From: Octopus vulgaris
Taxonomy: Eukaryota
Direction: 5' to 3'
Length of the DNA: 64,000 bases
Assembly (NCBI GenBank): GCA_951406725.2
Contig: OX597818.1
Span: 52,018,001-52,082,000, forward strand
The notes below the pieces were generated by a model. The model searched no databases and had not been told where the DNA came from. It saw only the letters and a list, made by a program, of their open reading frames with translations. The first letter of the stretch is position 1, and each line of letters opens with the position of its first letter. The translations under genes were made by a program, and so were the position numbers. Shown piece after piece: positions 39,955 to 54,809 of the stretch.

Positions 39955-40009
<55 letters not shown>

Positions 40010-40428
40010 AAGAAAAAATTATTAGGTAGTGCGATACGGTTGTGTTGCTTCCCCGTAAAACAAATCACCATCAGGTTAAAGTATAAATGCCTTATACATT
40101 TACCTGATGGTGCTTTGCTTTGCTGGGAAGCAATACTCCTGTATTGCACTATTTAATAAAGTTTTCTTTGAAAACTTTTTCACTGTTCTCGGTCTGTTAA
40201 CGGCTAGGCGTTTCAGACCAGTATATACTGGCAATACTGGCATTGATGTAGTGACATTTGAGATTTTGTCTTGGTGGATCTAGCGGATAAGAACTAATCA
40301 AATTTACATTATCAAAGTTCGAAGCCTAGGTCCTAGATTATCCACATCTGGGTTGTACATTTATTTAATGTTCTTCCTATAGGTAAGATGAAATTCTTTA
40401 CGTTCGCCGCCCGCTAACATTTTTTCCA

Positions 40429-40465
<37 letters not shown>

Positions 40466-40521
40466 CATGCTCCAGCATGGCCACAGTCAGGTGACTGAAA
40501 CAAATGAAAGAGAGTAAAAGA

Positions 40522-40643
<122 letters not shown>

Positions 40644-41001
40644 TTATATAATAGCGATGAAGGGATATTATTATTAATTAATATCCTAGAAACAGCTGTA
40701 AGACCTTCCTTCTATCTATAAATGCTCTAATATCTATACAGCCTTGTTTTTTTTTTTATCCCATTACACAAAAAATTCATATATACACACACTGACATAG
40801 AACCAACGTTGGCCCCTTTATTCGCAATATTACCGAATCTGGAACTTAACTATGGTCTGTCTATAGCATTTATTCGGCATTACCTGATACCTTTGGGTCT
40901 CAATGACACCATTACCTCTTATAACCTACATATATATTGATATATACACATACATATGTGTGTGTGTGTGTGTGTCTGTGTGTGTGTGTGTCTGTGTGTG
41001 T

Positions 41002-41042
<41 letters not shown>

Positions 41043-41445
41043 TGTCTCTGTCCCACCACCACCGCATCACAACCGATGTTGGTGTGGTTACGTCCTCGTA
41101 GCTTAGCGGTTCGGCAAAAAAGCGTGATGAGATAAGTTCTGGGTCGATTTCTTCGACTAAAGATGGTGCTCCAGCGTGGCCGCAGTCAAATGGCTGAAAC
41201 AAGTAAAAGAATATATAATAGAATGTGCTTGAACATATACGTCAGACACGGGGAAACTTGTGGCAGTTTCTGAATGGCACCTTTGTTTTTAGTGTTGCGA
41301 CCAGCCTGATGGCCAGTCATTTTCATGCGGCCCGCTTCACGAAAAATGTAGCTCATACCTGATTTACGATATAACGGTGATATATATATGTAGAAATGAT
41401 AAAGGAATTCCAAAGTAAGATTGCGCAAAATAACATGCTACGAAT

Positions 41446-41518
41446 TGGAGAATCCGGGCATCGATCCCGGTACCTCTCGCATGCAAAGCGAGCGCTCTAC
41501 CATCTGAGCTAATTCCCC
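41446..41518 (-). tRNA. tRNA-Ala(TGC) with a fully AGC-type body
   Basis: Differs from the AGC consensus only at position 34. Confidence 0.96.
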
Positions 41519-41611
41519 TTGCATTCGTCATATGTCCATTATTAACAGATGTTGCTATTAAGTTAGACATGGCCGGGGCCTATACTGGCCGAAACCTATC
41601 AAAGTTAAAGT

Positions 41612-41692
<81 letters not shown>

Positions 41693-41770
41693 TTAAGGGT
41701 AGAAATTGATATTTATCAATTAAAACCAGTGGTCTAGCATATTAAAAAAGAATCCGAAGATTAAAATATT

Positions 41771-41951
41771 TATATATACCAATTAAGGACTGAACACGAA
41801 AAGTGGACAGTCAACATGCTAGATATAGACGTCAAATCGCCATTCTCCACAAAAGATTATGTTGAGAACATAATCTTTTGTGGAGAATGGCGATGTGACG
41901 TCTATATCTAGCATGTTGACTGTCCACTTTTCGTGTTCAGTCCTTAATTGG

Positions 41952-41959
<8 letters not shown>
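41771..41959. repeat. 93-bp hairpin with a 3-nt loop and one mismatch
   Basis: Arms 41771-41863 and 41867-41959. Confidence 0.93.
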
Positions 41960-41995
<36 letters not shown>

Positions 41996-42051
41996 TATAT
42001 ATATGAACAATAACAGAATTCTAAATAAGCAGGCACTAAAACGTTCAGAGA

Positions 42052-42092
42052 TGGAGAATCCAGGTATTGATCCCGGTACCTCTCGCATGCAA
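42052..42092 (-). pseudogene. tRNA-Ala(TGC-type) 3' half fragment
   Basis: tggagaatccaggtattgatcccggtacctctcgcatgcaa followed by unrelated sequence. Confidence 0.85.
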
Positions 42093-42994
42093 GATCAGCT
42101 AGAAAGAAAGAGGAGTACCCTCTGGGGTACACCTCTTTCTTTCGTTATTAACATATAATAGAATGTATGTGACCATATTAGACAGCCATGGGCCTCCTGC
42201 AGCACTTTCTGGATGGAACTCCTAAACAAAGAATTTTCTTCTATCTTTTACTGATGCTGCCCGCTTCACGCTGAAAGCAGTTCATTCCTTGTTTTACGAT
42301 ATAACGATGATATACATATGCAAGAACGAAAACGTGATTCTAGTACAGTAGTTCTCAACCATTTTCCGCCCCCTTCGGACCCCTTTTACTCCTATTTTAC
42401 TTACGTGGACCCCTATAGCCTTACGATGTTTAAAAAAAAATCCGGATCTTTTCGCTTTGACCGGCGGATTTTTTAAATAATTTCTTTGTAACTAAACACT
42501 TTTAAACTTCGTATACTGGTAGAATGCTTTTATAAAACATCTCTTTCTCTTGGCTTTCTTGAGAAAATTCTATAGTGTGTAAGCTATTTGTTGTTTAATT
42601 TCTTGCCTTTCGGCAATTTCAACCAATCAATGACCATGACGTCTATTGAGGTGAATACAATCTCTCCAGATCTTTGTCAACCACAATTATTTGCGGTGTC
42701 ATATGAATTTGTCACTGTTATTTACGACATATTTCATATCAGTTACGTTCGTATGAATAAAAGATTATTATTAAACTTTTATTAATAAACACATATTCTA
42801 AGTTCACAACATATGCAGTTGTATTTTTATAGAATATTCCTAGGGATCGTATAAAAAAATCAAAATATTTCAAATATCAGAATATTGCACTTAGATTTAA
42901 GCAACAAAATCTTAAAGGGGCCTCCAAGGGTCATATGAATCCAGGTTGAAAATAATTGTTCTAAAATACAAGTTTGCACGAAAATGTAAACAAG

Positions 42995-43067
42995 TGGAGA
43001 ATCCGGGCATCGATCCCGGTACCTCTCGCATGCTAAGCGAGCGCTCTACCATCTGAGCTAATTCCCC
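42995..43067 (-). tRNA. tRNA-Ala(AGC)
   Basis: Exact consensus cloverleaf. Confidence 0.97.
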
Positions 43068-43249
43068 TCACGCCTTTCTCTGTTTGAGTTAATGTATATC
43101 GTATGAATGACAATATGCTTCGTTGTATTTATGTCAATGGCTGTGTGTCAGTGCGACTCACTGTTTATCGTCTGCTTAGCGAGCGTTTATCGTCTGCTTA
43201 CTCTCACTCGTACAATGTTACAAATAATACTTCGGCTCGGATACGTCTG

Positions 43250-43676
43250 GGATCTTTTCGATTTGAACGGCAATTTTTAAAAATAATTTCCACGTAACTA
43301 AACACTTTTAAACTTCGTATACTGGTAGAATGTGTTTATAAAACCATCTTTTTCTCTTGGCTTTCTTGAGAAAATTCTATAGTTTGTAAGATATTTATTG
43401 TTTTTTTTCTTCAATTTCTGCAATTTCAACCAATCAATGACGTCTATTGAGATGAAAACATTCTGTATCGTATCAATATGTCTCTCGTTTAAGAAACAGA
43501 TTGGGTTTATTTACATTTGTGAAGAAAAAAAGATACCCTTCCCCCCACCTCTAACCCTAACTAACCCTAACCCTAAAACAGATTGAAATGCAATAGATCG
43601 ATACTAGGGTCATAATTATGAGTGACAATTTCATATGACACCGCTAAAAAAACTGCCGTTCAAACAGAAAAGATCC
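43250..43676. mobile_element. MITE with GGATCTTTTC TIRs and 8-bp TSD (Merlin-like)
   Basis: TSD TACGTCTG at 43242-43249 and 43677-43684; truncated copy begins at 42444. Confidence 0.85.
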
Positions 43677-43867
43677 TACGTCTGTAGTATGTAGTACGTA
43701 TGTAGTATGACAAAGACTAAAGCACACAGTGGAATAAACAAATCCTTAGCGAGATGTGAAAAACAAACAGAAGTAATTGCTAGGGTGGTTCACAGTAGAT
43801 TTTCTCAAACAAAGCTGAACGAGTGCTCAATATAACAATGAATTTGTCTATGTACGTATTTAAACGG

Positions 43868-44185
43868 GGTATTACTAGAGAACAGTGGTCCCGGTGCGCG
43901 CATACGCGCACTCGCGCATCCGCGCTAGCTAGTCGTAAGTAGTCGATCCTACAACGACTTTTTAACCCTAACCCTAAACGTAAACCAAACCCTAAACCTA
44001 AACCTAATTTTTTAACCCTAACCCTAAACCTAACCCTAACCCAAACCCTAACCTTAGTTTGTTTATAAAAATAATTTATTTATTTAGTTTAAATAATTAT
44101 TTAGGATCGACTACTTACGACTAGCTAGCACGGATGCGCAGATGCGTGTGTGCGCGCACCGGGACCACTGTTCGCTAGTAGTACC
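43868..44185. mobile_element. MITE of the same family as 18080; internal TAACCC repeats
   Basis: TIR GGTATTACTAG...CTAGTAGTACC; TSD TTTAAACGG at 43859-43867 and 44186-44194. Confidence 0.9.
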
Positions 44186-44684
44186 TTTAAACGGAACATC
44201 CTGTTCGTGTAATTTACGTGCAAGTGGTTGAGCACTCGCCGGACACGCGTGCTTTTAACGTAGTTCTCAAGGAGATTCAATGTGGTGGCCAAGGCTGGTA
44301 CTACTCATTTTTGCCATCGGTGTGGGCTGGAACAGCATGAAATAAAGTGCCTTGCTCAAGAGCAAGGTATCGAACTCGCGACCTTCAGATCGTGAGCCGA
44401 AGATTACTAACAACTAAGCCACGCACCTTCATATATATATGTGTGTGTGAGTGTGTGTGTGTGTGTGTTAAGTGTTGCCTACAGGTGAGACTAGAATTTG
44501 CTTCAGGTGAAAGACAAGCAAATTGAATCTTAGCTTCATCCGTAATGAACCTAATTAAACTCTAATGAATCTTTTAGCGGTCGAATGAGCCATTAATTAA
44601 ATCGGTTGAATGCTTGAATGGTCGGGTGGACGGCCGGATGAACGAATGGACGTATTTGAGCAAGGGTAGAAGAATGCTAGTATA

Positions 44685-44698
44685 CGTATGTATGTATG

Positions 44699-44761
<63 letters not shown>

Positions 44762-45150
44762 GTATGTATGCATGCATATATGTATGTATGTATGATTGTA
44801 TGTTTGTATGTATGTATGTATGTATGTATGCATGTGTGTGTATGTATGTATGTATGTATGTATGTATGTATGTATGTTTGTATGTATGTATGTATGTATG
44901 TATGTATGCATATATATATGTATGTATGCAAGCATGCATGGATGTATGTATGTATGCATGTATACATGTATGTATGCATGCATGTATTTATGTATGTATG
45001 TATGTATGCATGCATACATGTATGTATGTATACATATCTGTTTGTATGTATGTATGTATGTATGTATGTATGTATGTTTGTATGTATGTATGTATGTATG
45101 TATGCGTGTATGTTTGTATATATGTATGTATGCATGTATGTATGCATGTA
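44685..45150. repeat. (TATG)n microsatellite
   Basis: Direct reading. Confidence 0.95.
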
Positions 45151-45355
45151 TCCATGGCTCGATGGTTAGATTGACCTGTGGATACTTCGATGAATGGATG
45201 GATGTTTGTGTGGATAAATTTTCAGGGAGATAAATAGATTTGATGAATGACTTCTGAACAGGGGTTGGAATGAAGTCTTATTTAGTGGCTCTCGGGGTTT
45301 CTAAGACCTTTCTAAGACCCTCGCATCCTCACAAATCTCTCTACCCGCCTTTCTC

Positions 45356-45419
<64 letters not shown>

Positions 45420-45658
45420 ATTCTCTCTGTTTCTCTCTCTGTCTCTCTTTTTTCTTTTCTCTTTCTCTCCCTGTTTTCCATCTCACGTTACGAAAAACAA
45501 ACTAAACAATACAGACAAGCAAATAAAATCTTAACAACCCGAGCCTCACCCACCCTTCTACTCCTCCTCCTAACCAACCATCCAGCCAGCCAACCCATTC
45601 AGACAACCGTCCCTTTTCAAAGCCATGCAAAATCTTTAACATATACTACAAAATACCT

Positions 45659-45884
45659 ATTTCTTTACTACCCACAAGGGGCTAAACACAGAGAGGACAA
45701 ACAAGGACAGACAAACGGATCAAGTCGATTATATCGACCCCAGTGCGTAACTGGTACTTATTTAATCGACCCCGAAAGGATGAAAGGCAAAGTCGATCTC
45801 GGCGGAATTTGAACTCAGAACGTAACGGCAGACGAAATACCGATAAGCATTTCGCCCGGCGTGCTAACGTTTCTGTCAGCTCGC
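45659..45884 (-). mobile_element. tRNA-derived SINE, family A (Meta-domain-like core GCCTTTCATCCTTTCGGGGTCGATAAA)
   Basis: TSD CTACAAAATACCT; many copies, e.g. 1136, 4840, 11165, 11900, 13960, 16570, 20479, 24805, 25740, 32028, 32889, 33751, 58463, 61860. Confidence 0.85.
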
Positions 45885-46572
45885 CTACAAAATACCTGGT
45901 GGTGTTTGTTAAGGCTCTCCTGCACTGTGAGTTCAAATTCCGCCTAGGCCAACTTTCTTTTTCCTTCTCACGGGGGTCAACTAAAAAAAAAGTACCAACC
46001 GAAGTATTTGGGGCTGGCAGAATTTTTAGGACGTTGGATCAGGTGCCTTGTGGTATCTGATCCCGTTCTTTGTGTTCAGAGTTCTTGGATGGTAAGATCA
46101 ATCTGACTCCGGTTTACACTACTCCAATGTCCTTTGAGTACCTTTAGCGGGAGTTCCCTTATGTGAGGTATTTTGGGTAGATTTCCGGTTTGGGTATAAC
46201 GTGTCGCATAACGAGTCGCAGGACCCCTAAAAAAAAAATGGGTTTGGTAAATAAAGAAACAACCATTCCTCTACTCTTCTCTTTGTCCATTTAGCCATTT
46301 GGACACAAGCTTGTCCATACATGCTTCCACCCAAAACCTATTCATACATCAATCCATCCATCCCTCCGTCCATCCACCCCTCCATATGTTTATCCATCTA
46401 TCCCTCCACCCATCACGGCACACATAAATACATACGTACACCCATACATCCATACGTACATGCATACGTCTGTTCATTTATCTCTCTGCCCATCTGTCCA
46501 TCCATACACAAATCCGTCCATACATACATACATGCATACATACATACATACATACATGCATACATACATACA

Positions 46573-46606
<34 letters not shown>

Positions 46607-46699
46607 CATACAAGTTTACGTATATTTATACATCCATAGAAGCATCCGTCCGTCTATTCCTTCATCTGTCCATCCACACAAACATGCATATATACAGAC

Positions 46700-47143
<444 letters not shown>

Positions 47144-48606
47144 CGTACAGGCATACACACCCGAACATATGTACGTACATACACACATACATACATGCAT
47201 ATATATATACATACATACATACATACATACATACGAGTGGCAGTGTTGTAAGTAGCTTGCTTACCAACCACATGGTCCCGAGTTCAGTCCCAATGCGTGG
47301 CACCTGGGGCAAGGGTCTTCTACTATAGCCTTGGGCCGACCAAAGCCTTGTGAGTGGATTTGGTAGGCGGAAATTGAAAGAATATGTGTGTGTATGTGTG
47401 TGTGTATGTTTGTGTGACTGTGTTTGTCCCCCTCCCCCATCGTTTGACAACCGATGCTGGTGTGTTTACGTCCCCGTAACTTAGCGGCTCGGCAAGATAG
47501 ACCGATAGAGTAAGTACTAGGCTTACAAAGAATAAGTCCTGGGGTCGATTTGCTCGATTAAAGGCGGTGCTCCAGCATGGCCGCAGTCAAATGGCTGAAA
47601 CAAATAAAAGAAAAGAATAGTACATACATACATACACACATACATACATACACACATACATACATACACACATACATACATACACACATACATACATATA
47701 TACATACATACATACATACATACATACACACACACATACATACATATATACATACATACATACATGCATACATACATACATGCATACATGCATACATACA
47801 TGCATACATACATACATGCATACATGCATACATACATACACACATACATATATACATACATACATACATACATACACACATACACACACACATACATGCA
47901 TACATACATACATATATACATACAATCTTACATACATATGCCCATGCATATTATACACATATACATACCTACACACGTTCATTTATACATCCATAAATGC
48001 ATCCACATGTCCATTCGTTCCTTTATCCATTTATACACCCATTCATACACGCACGCATCGATTCATCCATCCATCCATCCATCTATCCATCCATGCAAGC
48101 ATATACCCATACACACGTCTGTCTATTCGCTCATCCACCCGTCTGTCCAACCACCCAGTCAACCGATAAATGCTCATTCGGCCGCTAAAAGATTCATTAG
48201 AGTTTAATTGGGTTCATTACGGATGTAGTCGAGATTCAATTTTTGTTTGTATCTCACCTGAGGTAAACAATGGTCTCTCACCTGTAGTCGTCGCTTTCGG
48301 ATCAGACGAGCAAACCCTGCGGCCATTCACTCAAGCCTCTTCTCTCCACCCGATCCGAAAGCTACCCCGAAAAGAAGAGAAAATAAAAACTGTGGAACTG
48401 TCCGAAATGATATAGATAGATAGATGTCCAGTGGGCAAGGTGACAGACGGTCTTATAAATCACTCCGGTCACTAATTAGTCTGTCAAACTTTAGCCAGGC
48501 CAACCACAGACCCAATCACTCATCCAAGCACACTCGCTCTTTCTTTCCTTCCTTCTATCTCTCTTTCTTTCTACCTTTCTACCCTTCTTTCTATCTGTCT
48601 TTCTCA

Positions 48607-48653
<47 letters not shown>

Positions 48654-48789
48654 TCCTTCTTTCTTTCTCTCTCTTTCACTCACTCTCTCTATCCCTCTCT
48701 CTCTCTCTCTCTCTCTGTATCTATGGCCTCTTCTCATATTGTATTTCCTTCTCCTATCTCTTGGTCTATCTATTCTCCCTCTTGTGCTT

Positions 48790-48821
<32 letters not shown>

Positions 48822-48954
48822 TCTTATGCTCTCTCTCTTCCTCTCATGTTCTATTTCTTTTGCTCTGTCTTTTTCTGTTTTACTCGTTTTGCTTGTCTTT
48901 TTCATACGTTATCCAAATCATCATCATCATCATCATCATCATCCATCATCATCA

Positions 48955-48988
<34 letters not shown>

Positions 48989-49509
48989 CCATCATCATCG
49001 TCGTCGTCGTCATTATTATTATTATTATTGAATGAGAGAGCAGTGCATCCCATCAAAGTGAGACTGGGATACAAATATACGAAGCCCAGTATATCCATCA
49101 TGGCTACTCGTATGCATCACAACCGTATGTGTGCAACATGGTGATCTTATATCAAGATAAACAGCGCATGACCTTGCAGGTGGGGTTCGGTTAGAATTTT
49201 CCTCAGAACGAGTAACCCATCCCACTCAAGCAGTCCCTGAATAAAGGTTGTTTAAGGATATTGAACGAAACACCCATGTTTCCAGAAGTGAATTATTCAA
49301 GCTCCAAAGACGGCTATGATGGTCCCCCCCCCCACTATTACTGCTTGTGATCAGAGATGCACATATTGTCAGCAACTAAGGGACATGCTCAACTGGTTAA
49401 AGTCACACAGCTAACAAGCAAATCTGTTGTACTGCGCAGAATATTTGCTGTAGCCCATCTTTTATACCAAGACAAAAAAATGTACATGATAACACTTCCA
49501 ATCAGTTAT

Positions 49510-49597
<88 letters not shown>

Positions 49598-49659
49598 GAT
49601 GATGTGGGTGGTGGTGCTGGGGGTGGTGATGATGATTTGAATAAAGCATAAAAATGACA

Positions 49660-49821
49660 GGCGTAAGAGTGGCTTTGTGGTAAGTAGCTTGCTTACCAAC
49701 CACAATGTTCCGGGTTCAGTCCCACTGCGTGACACCTTGGGCATGTGTTATCTATTATAGCCTCGGGCCTACCAAAGCCTTGTGAGTGGATTTGGTACAC
49801 GGATTCTGAAAGAAGCCCGTC

Positions 49822-49868
<47 letters not shown>

Positions 49869-50176
49869 TACATGTATGTATGTATGTATGTATGTATGTA
49901 TGTATGTATGTATGCATGCATGCATGTATGCGTGCATGTATGCGTGCATGCATGTATGTATGTGTGTATACGTTTGTGTGTGTGTTTGTCCTCTCAAAAT
50001 CGCTTGACAACCGATGCTAGTGTGTTACGTCCCCGTAACTTAGCGGCTCGGCAAAAGTTACCGATAGAATAAGTACTTGGCTTACAAAGAATAAGTCCTG
50101 GAGTCGATTTGCTCGACTAAAGGCGGTGCTCCAACACGGCCTCAGTGAAATGACTGAAACAAGTAAAAGAGTAAAA
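49660..50176 (+). mobile_element. tRNA-derived SINE, family B, with an internal microsatellite
   Basis: GTGGCT..TGGTAAG head, GGTTCAGTCC B box, CCTTGGGCA core, CTGAAACAAGTAAAAGAG tail; copies at 3740, 14525, 21470, 21927, 22850, 27290, 30590, 47235 and 62840. Confidence 0.85.
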
Positions 50177-50263
<87 letters not shown>

Positions 50264-50265
50264 TA

Positions 50266-51710
50266 TGGTTTCTTTTCATTATAACTTTATTTCAGCTACC
50301 TTAGTACCGGGTATCCACCGGAGGCCGAGAGTAGCAAGGGCACTTTTGTTTTGCTATGCATGCTAAAATTATCACCACATTTATTCCATTTTAGAACTGT
50401 ACCCATCAAGGTCATCTTTTGTAGTACACAGAGACTGGAGTTACTAGGGAGTTGCTTAATATACTTCTCAGTTCCCTTCTTTATCATTCCCAACGCACCA
50501 ATTACTACTAGTATCATCGTAGTACTAAGCTTCCACATTTTTGTGATTTCCATTTGCAGATCTTTATAGTGAGAAAGCTTTTCGTATTCTTTTCTTGAGA
50601 CATTTTGATCTTCTGCTTCAGACATATCTATTAACAGACAAGTTCCTCTGTTGTAGTCCTCGATCACAATTTCTGGTCAATTGGAGTTAATTTTTCTGTC
50701 TGTTTGTATAGGGAAGTTCCAAAGGATGGTAACGCCCTCGCCATTTACTACATCCTCTGGATGATGTCTGTACCACTCATCATGGGATTTCATTTTGTAG
50801 TATTTACAAGCATTCCAGTGGACGTACTGCCCTTGTCTGTCATGTCTTATGAGGTACTCCTTTTCAGCGAGGACTGGGCAGCCAGAAACAACACGACCAA
50901 TTGTCTCTGTGTATTTTCTGCAAATTCTGCACGACGAGTCAGATCCATCTTTAAGGACGTTTGCATGGTAGTTTCTGGTAGGTAAGCTCTGATCTAGCGC
51001 TGCAATAACAAAACCTTCTGCTTCCCCTTTTAGAATTGTCCCTTGTAGCCATTGGTGTGTTAGATTTTGACCAGTTTCTGGTTTCGACAGGCGGTTAGAG
51101 TATTTCGCATGCAGGAGTTTACCATTCCAGTTGTCTTCGATATTATTCAAGCAAGCCTTCTTTGCTTTTTGTTTGATGTTTTTTGCATCAGTGATAGGTT
51201 TGTCACTATTTGGATCTCTTTGGTCTTTCTGGTTGTTAATTTCTAAATGAGGAGAAGCAATGATAGGTCTGTCAGTATTTGGATGTCTTTGATTATTCTT
51301 ATTGTTAACTTGTAGGCCAAGAGACTTTTTAAATTTCTTACTAAACTTCATGACTGAAGCTTGCTTGGAATCTTCATGCTTCAGTGCAGTTCGTAAGAGC
51401 ACATCACTTGTTGTATTAATGTACGTTTCAAGGCCTATTATTGTTGATTTAAAGGCTTATTCGAGCTGTATCAGGCCTCTTCCACCTATTTTTCTTGAGA
51501 AATAAATCCTGTCTACATCTGATTTTGGATGATGCAGTTGATATCTTGTAAGGATTTTACGGATCTTTACATCCATATTCTGCATATAAATGAGACTTCA
51601 CTTAATGATACTGAAGCTATATATTGTTACTGGTATGGCCAAAGAATTGATCGCATTAATTCTGTTAGCAGCATTTAATTCTGAGTTTAGGACCATTCTT
51701 ACCCTTTAGG
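50266..51710 (-). mobile_element. R4/Dong-like non-LTR retrotransposon 3' fragment (RT C-terminus, CCHC knuckle, restriction-like endonuclease)
   Basis: HPKSDVDRIYFSRKIGGRGL; CRIC..ET...VSGCPVLA..Y..RHD; ILWNFPIQTDRKI; LIDMS..K..YKDL; VVIGALG; in-frame stops; 3' end abuts (TAA)n. Confidence 0.88.
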
Positions 51711-52677
51711 ACCATTCGGTTCCAGTTGATCCGATCAACTGAAAAGCCTACTCGTGAAGTTAACGTTCAAGTGGTTGAGCATTCCACAGACACGGGTACC
51801 CTTAACGTAGTTCTAGGGGAGATTCAGCGTGACACAGAGTGTGACAAGGCTGGCCCTTTGAAATACAGGTACAACAGAAACAGGAAGTAAGAGTGAGAGA
51901 AAGTTGTGGTGAAAGAGTACAGCAGGGTTGCTCCCACCCCGCTGCCAGAGCCTCGTGGAGCTTTAAATGTTTTAGCTCCATAAACACTCACAACGCCCGG
52001 TCTGGCCCTAACCACTGGGCCACTGCGCCTCCACATGGATGTTAATACTATAGCTTATATATGGTGGTGAGGCATGTTATGGGTGTTGTTGCTGTTGTTG
52101 TTGTTGTTGCTATTGTTGTTGTTGTTGTTGTCATCATCATTGTATTACATATATACAAGTATTAACGTGTTCCTGATTTTATGTGTATGCGTGTCTACAC
52201 ACACACACACACACAATGCTACAAAATTATTGCATTCTTCCATGGAATTTTCTTTTATACTCAGTTGTTTGTTCGTGGGATATTGCAGCAAATCCAACCA
52301 AAGCAAAAATATCCTCATGTATATGAGATCCGACGGCTTTTCTTCGTTTTTGCTCCCCCCCCCCCCAACCGTTAGCAAGATCTACTAAGTCTCACGCTTC
52401 GCTTACTTAATTATTTGTCTTATGATCTTCACGCCTGCTCTCGTGCACCTATCCACTCATGTGCACCGAAGCTTTAAACGTAATGCAACATAACAACCAT
52501 CTCATTGTTAGGATTCAAGGATAGCGAGATCCCTGAGTGATGCCTAGAACCAGTAGTTTGCCTACAAAAAGAGCCAACAGATAAAAAGAAAAAAGAGAGA
52601 GCGGACAAACTAGCCTCTGGATCTATTTTACATGAAACTCTCTGCTTATACTTCATCGCTGGTTGTCATTTATAGTA

Positions 52678-53060
52678 GTACTAGCACTATGAGCCGGCAA
52701 CGCCAGGTCATAGTGCTAGTGCATGCATATACAGCTGCGTGCGTGCGCACATGCTCGCGAGTACTGTCCAAATCTCCGACCAATCACATTCAGTTAGCTG
52801 GCATTCAATTGGCGTATCAAGTTTCGGGCATTTTGATTGGGTTTTAGATAGAAAATTCACAAAAAGTCACTTCTATTGATTTTTTAAATGGCATTGCGGG
52901 GTGACTGGGGAAATGTAAAGATGTGCACGATCACCCTTGGACGGTTTTGAATGACCATAGAAAGTGCGAGCCCTCTAACTGAAAAATTGCGGATTTGTAT
53001 AAAGGACACGCACACACACACACACACAGACAGACATTTTGCCGTTTATATATAGAGAGA
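52678..53060 (-). mobile_element. non-autonomous Helitron-like element
   Basis: CTAG end with CCGGCAACGCC hairpin at one end; (CA)/(CAGA) repeat and TC-TATATA at the other; same hairpin end at 8394-8440. Confidence 0.6.
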
Positions 53061-53720
53061 TTTCATTCTTTTTAGAAACAGCCAGCATGACATAACATGA
53101 CTTATTAATTAAACATGTTATGAAGCAAGGTATTTCATTCAAGATGGAAATAATTACAGCATTTAGGAAATTCACGGGATGTGTTGCTTTTCTTACATAA
53201 AGATATTAAATGCTAATACATTCTGTGTGATAATGCTTTAACAACAGTTAGGGTTCTGGTTTCAAATGCCGCTTCTGCCTACTTTGGTGGTAGATTTAAC
53301 CTGTTACCCACTTTAACGCCACCCCATCTGATCCTTGAGGACTTTTAGTGCGGCCCATTCTGTCCCAACATTCGGACCAAAATACCTCCTTCTTCCATCT
53401 CCCCCTCTCTCTTCCATATGCTCCTCCCCTCCCACCTTCATCTCTCCCTCTCTCCCCCATCCCTCCCTCCATCCTCCCTCTTCATTCTCCACTTCATCTT
53501 CCACTTCCTTCTCCTCCTCTTCCTTCTCCTCTTTCGCCTCTTCTTCCTTTTCCTCTTCCTCTTTCCCCTTCTCTTCCCTTCCTTTCCTCCTCCTCCCCTT
53601 CCTTCTCCGAATTGCTTTCATTCTTTCCGGCTCGGTAAAATAAGTACCAGTTGAATACTGGGGTCGATGTACTCTATCACCCTCCCCCAAATTTCAGGCC
53701 TTGTGCTTCCAATAGAAAGG

Positions 53721-53791
<71 letters not shown>

Positions 53792-53809
53792 CATCATTAT
53801 CATTATTCA

Positions 53810-54390
53810 ATATTTTATTTTTAAAAGGTGCTTTCACTTCAATACCGAGCGCAGCTCTGTGTGCCTTGGGTATGTGCTGTGATTTGTTGTGGTGCTCTTA
53901 TGGTTACTATACTGAAAGTGTTTTGCGTAGGATGTGGGCAGTGTCCAGTAGTTCAAATTTCTGTATGTTATATGCGTTTGTAAGTCCTGGTGTTTTTGTT
54001 ATGTATTTGTCTGAATATTTTTAATCATACCTAATGCACCCACTATGATAGGAATTGTTTCTGTTTTTAGATTCCACATTCGAGTTACCTCTAATTCCAG
54101 GTCTTTCTATTTTGAAAGTTTCTCCATTTCTTTTAGAGAAACGTTGTCATCTGTTGGTATTGATACATCAATTAGAAAGCATTTTTTTCTTCATGATCTC
54201 TGACTACTATATCTGGCATATTGGCCTTAATTTCTCTATCTGTGTGTATTGGCATATTCCATAGTATGGTTGCTTTCTCGTTTTCTGTGGCCCTTTTCTG
54301 GCGTGTGCTTATACCATCTTTTTTCTGTTGTTATTCCATAATGTTGGCATAGCTTCCAGTGTATGTAGGTCCCAACTCTGTCGTGTCTGA
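53810..54390 (-). mobile_element. R4/Dong-like LINE 3' fragment
   Basis: RHDRVGTYIHWKLCQHYG..RWYKHTPEK; IPIIVGALGMIK; TAHILRKTLSV*; followed by (TAA)n at 53721-53800. Confidence 0.82.
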
Positions 54391-54658
54391 CAATATAAAA
54401 GGAGAAAGGGGCTCTCTACCCCACTTTTGACCAGGCTCCCGTGGCTTTTAGGGTTTTTCCACGAGTAACCTTTCGAAGCGCCTCCCCCTATTGGGAGTTT
54501 TAATTGTTACTTATATTTCGTTGTTATCCTGCTTTTGTACACGGACCTTTTTCAAACGGACAAAACCCTTTGCAACTTTCGAACTGTGTTTTTGTCCCTT
54601 TATGTTTTAATTGATTTTTGTTAGCCCTTGTGGCCAATAAACGAATTAATTATTATTA

Positions 54659-54731
<73 letters not shown>

Positions 54732-54765
54732 TACTATTATTAGTATTATTAGTATTATTAGTATT

Positions 54766-54809
<44 letters not shown>

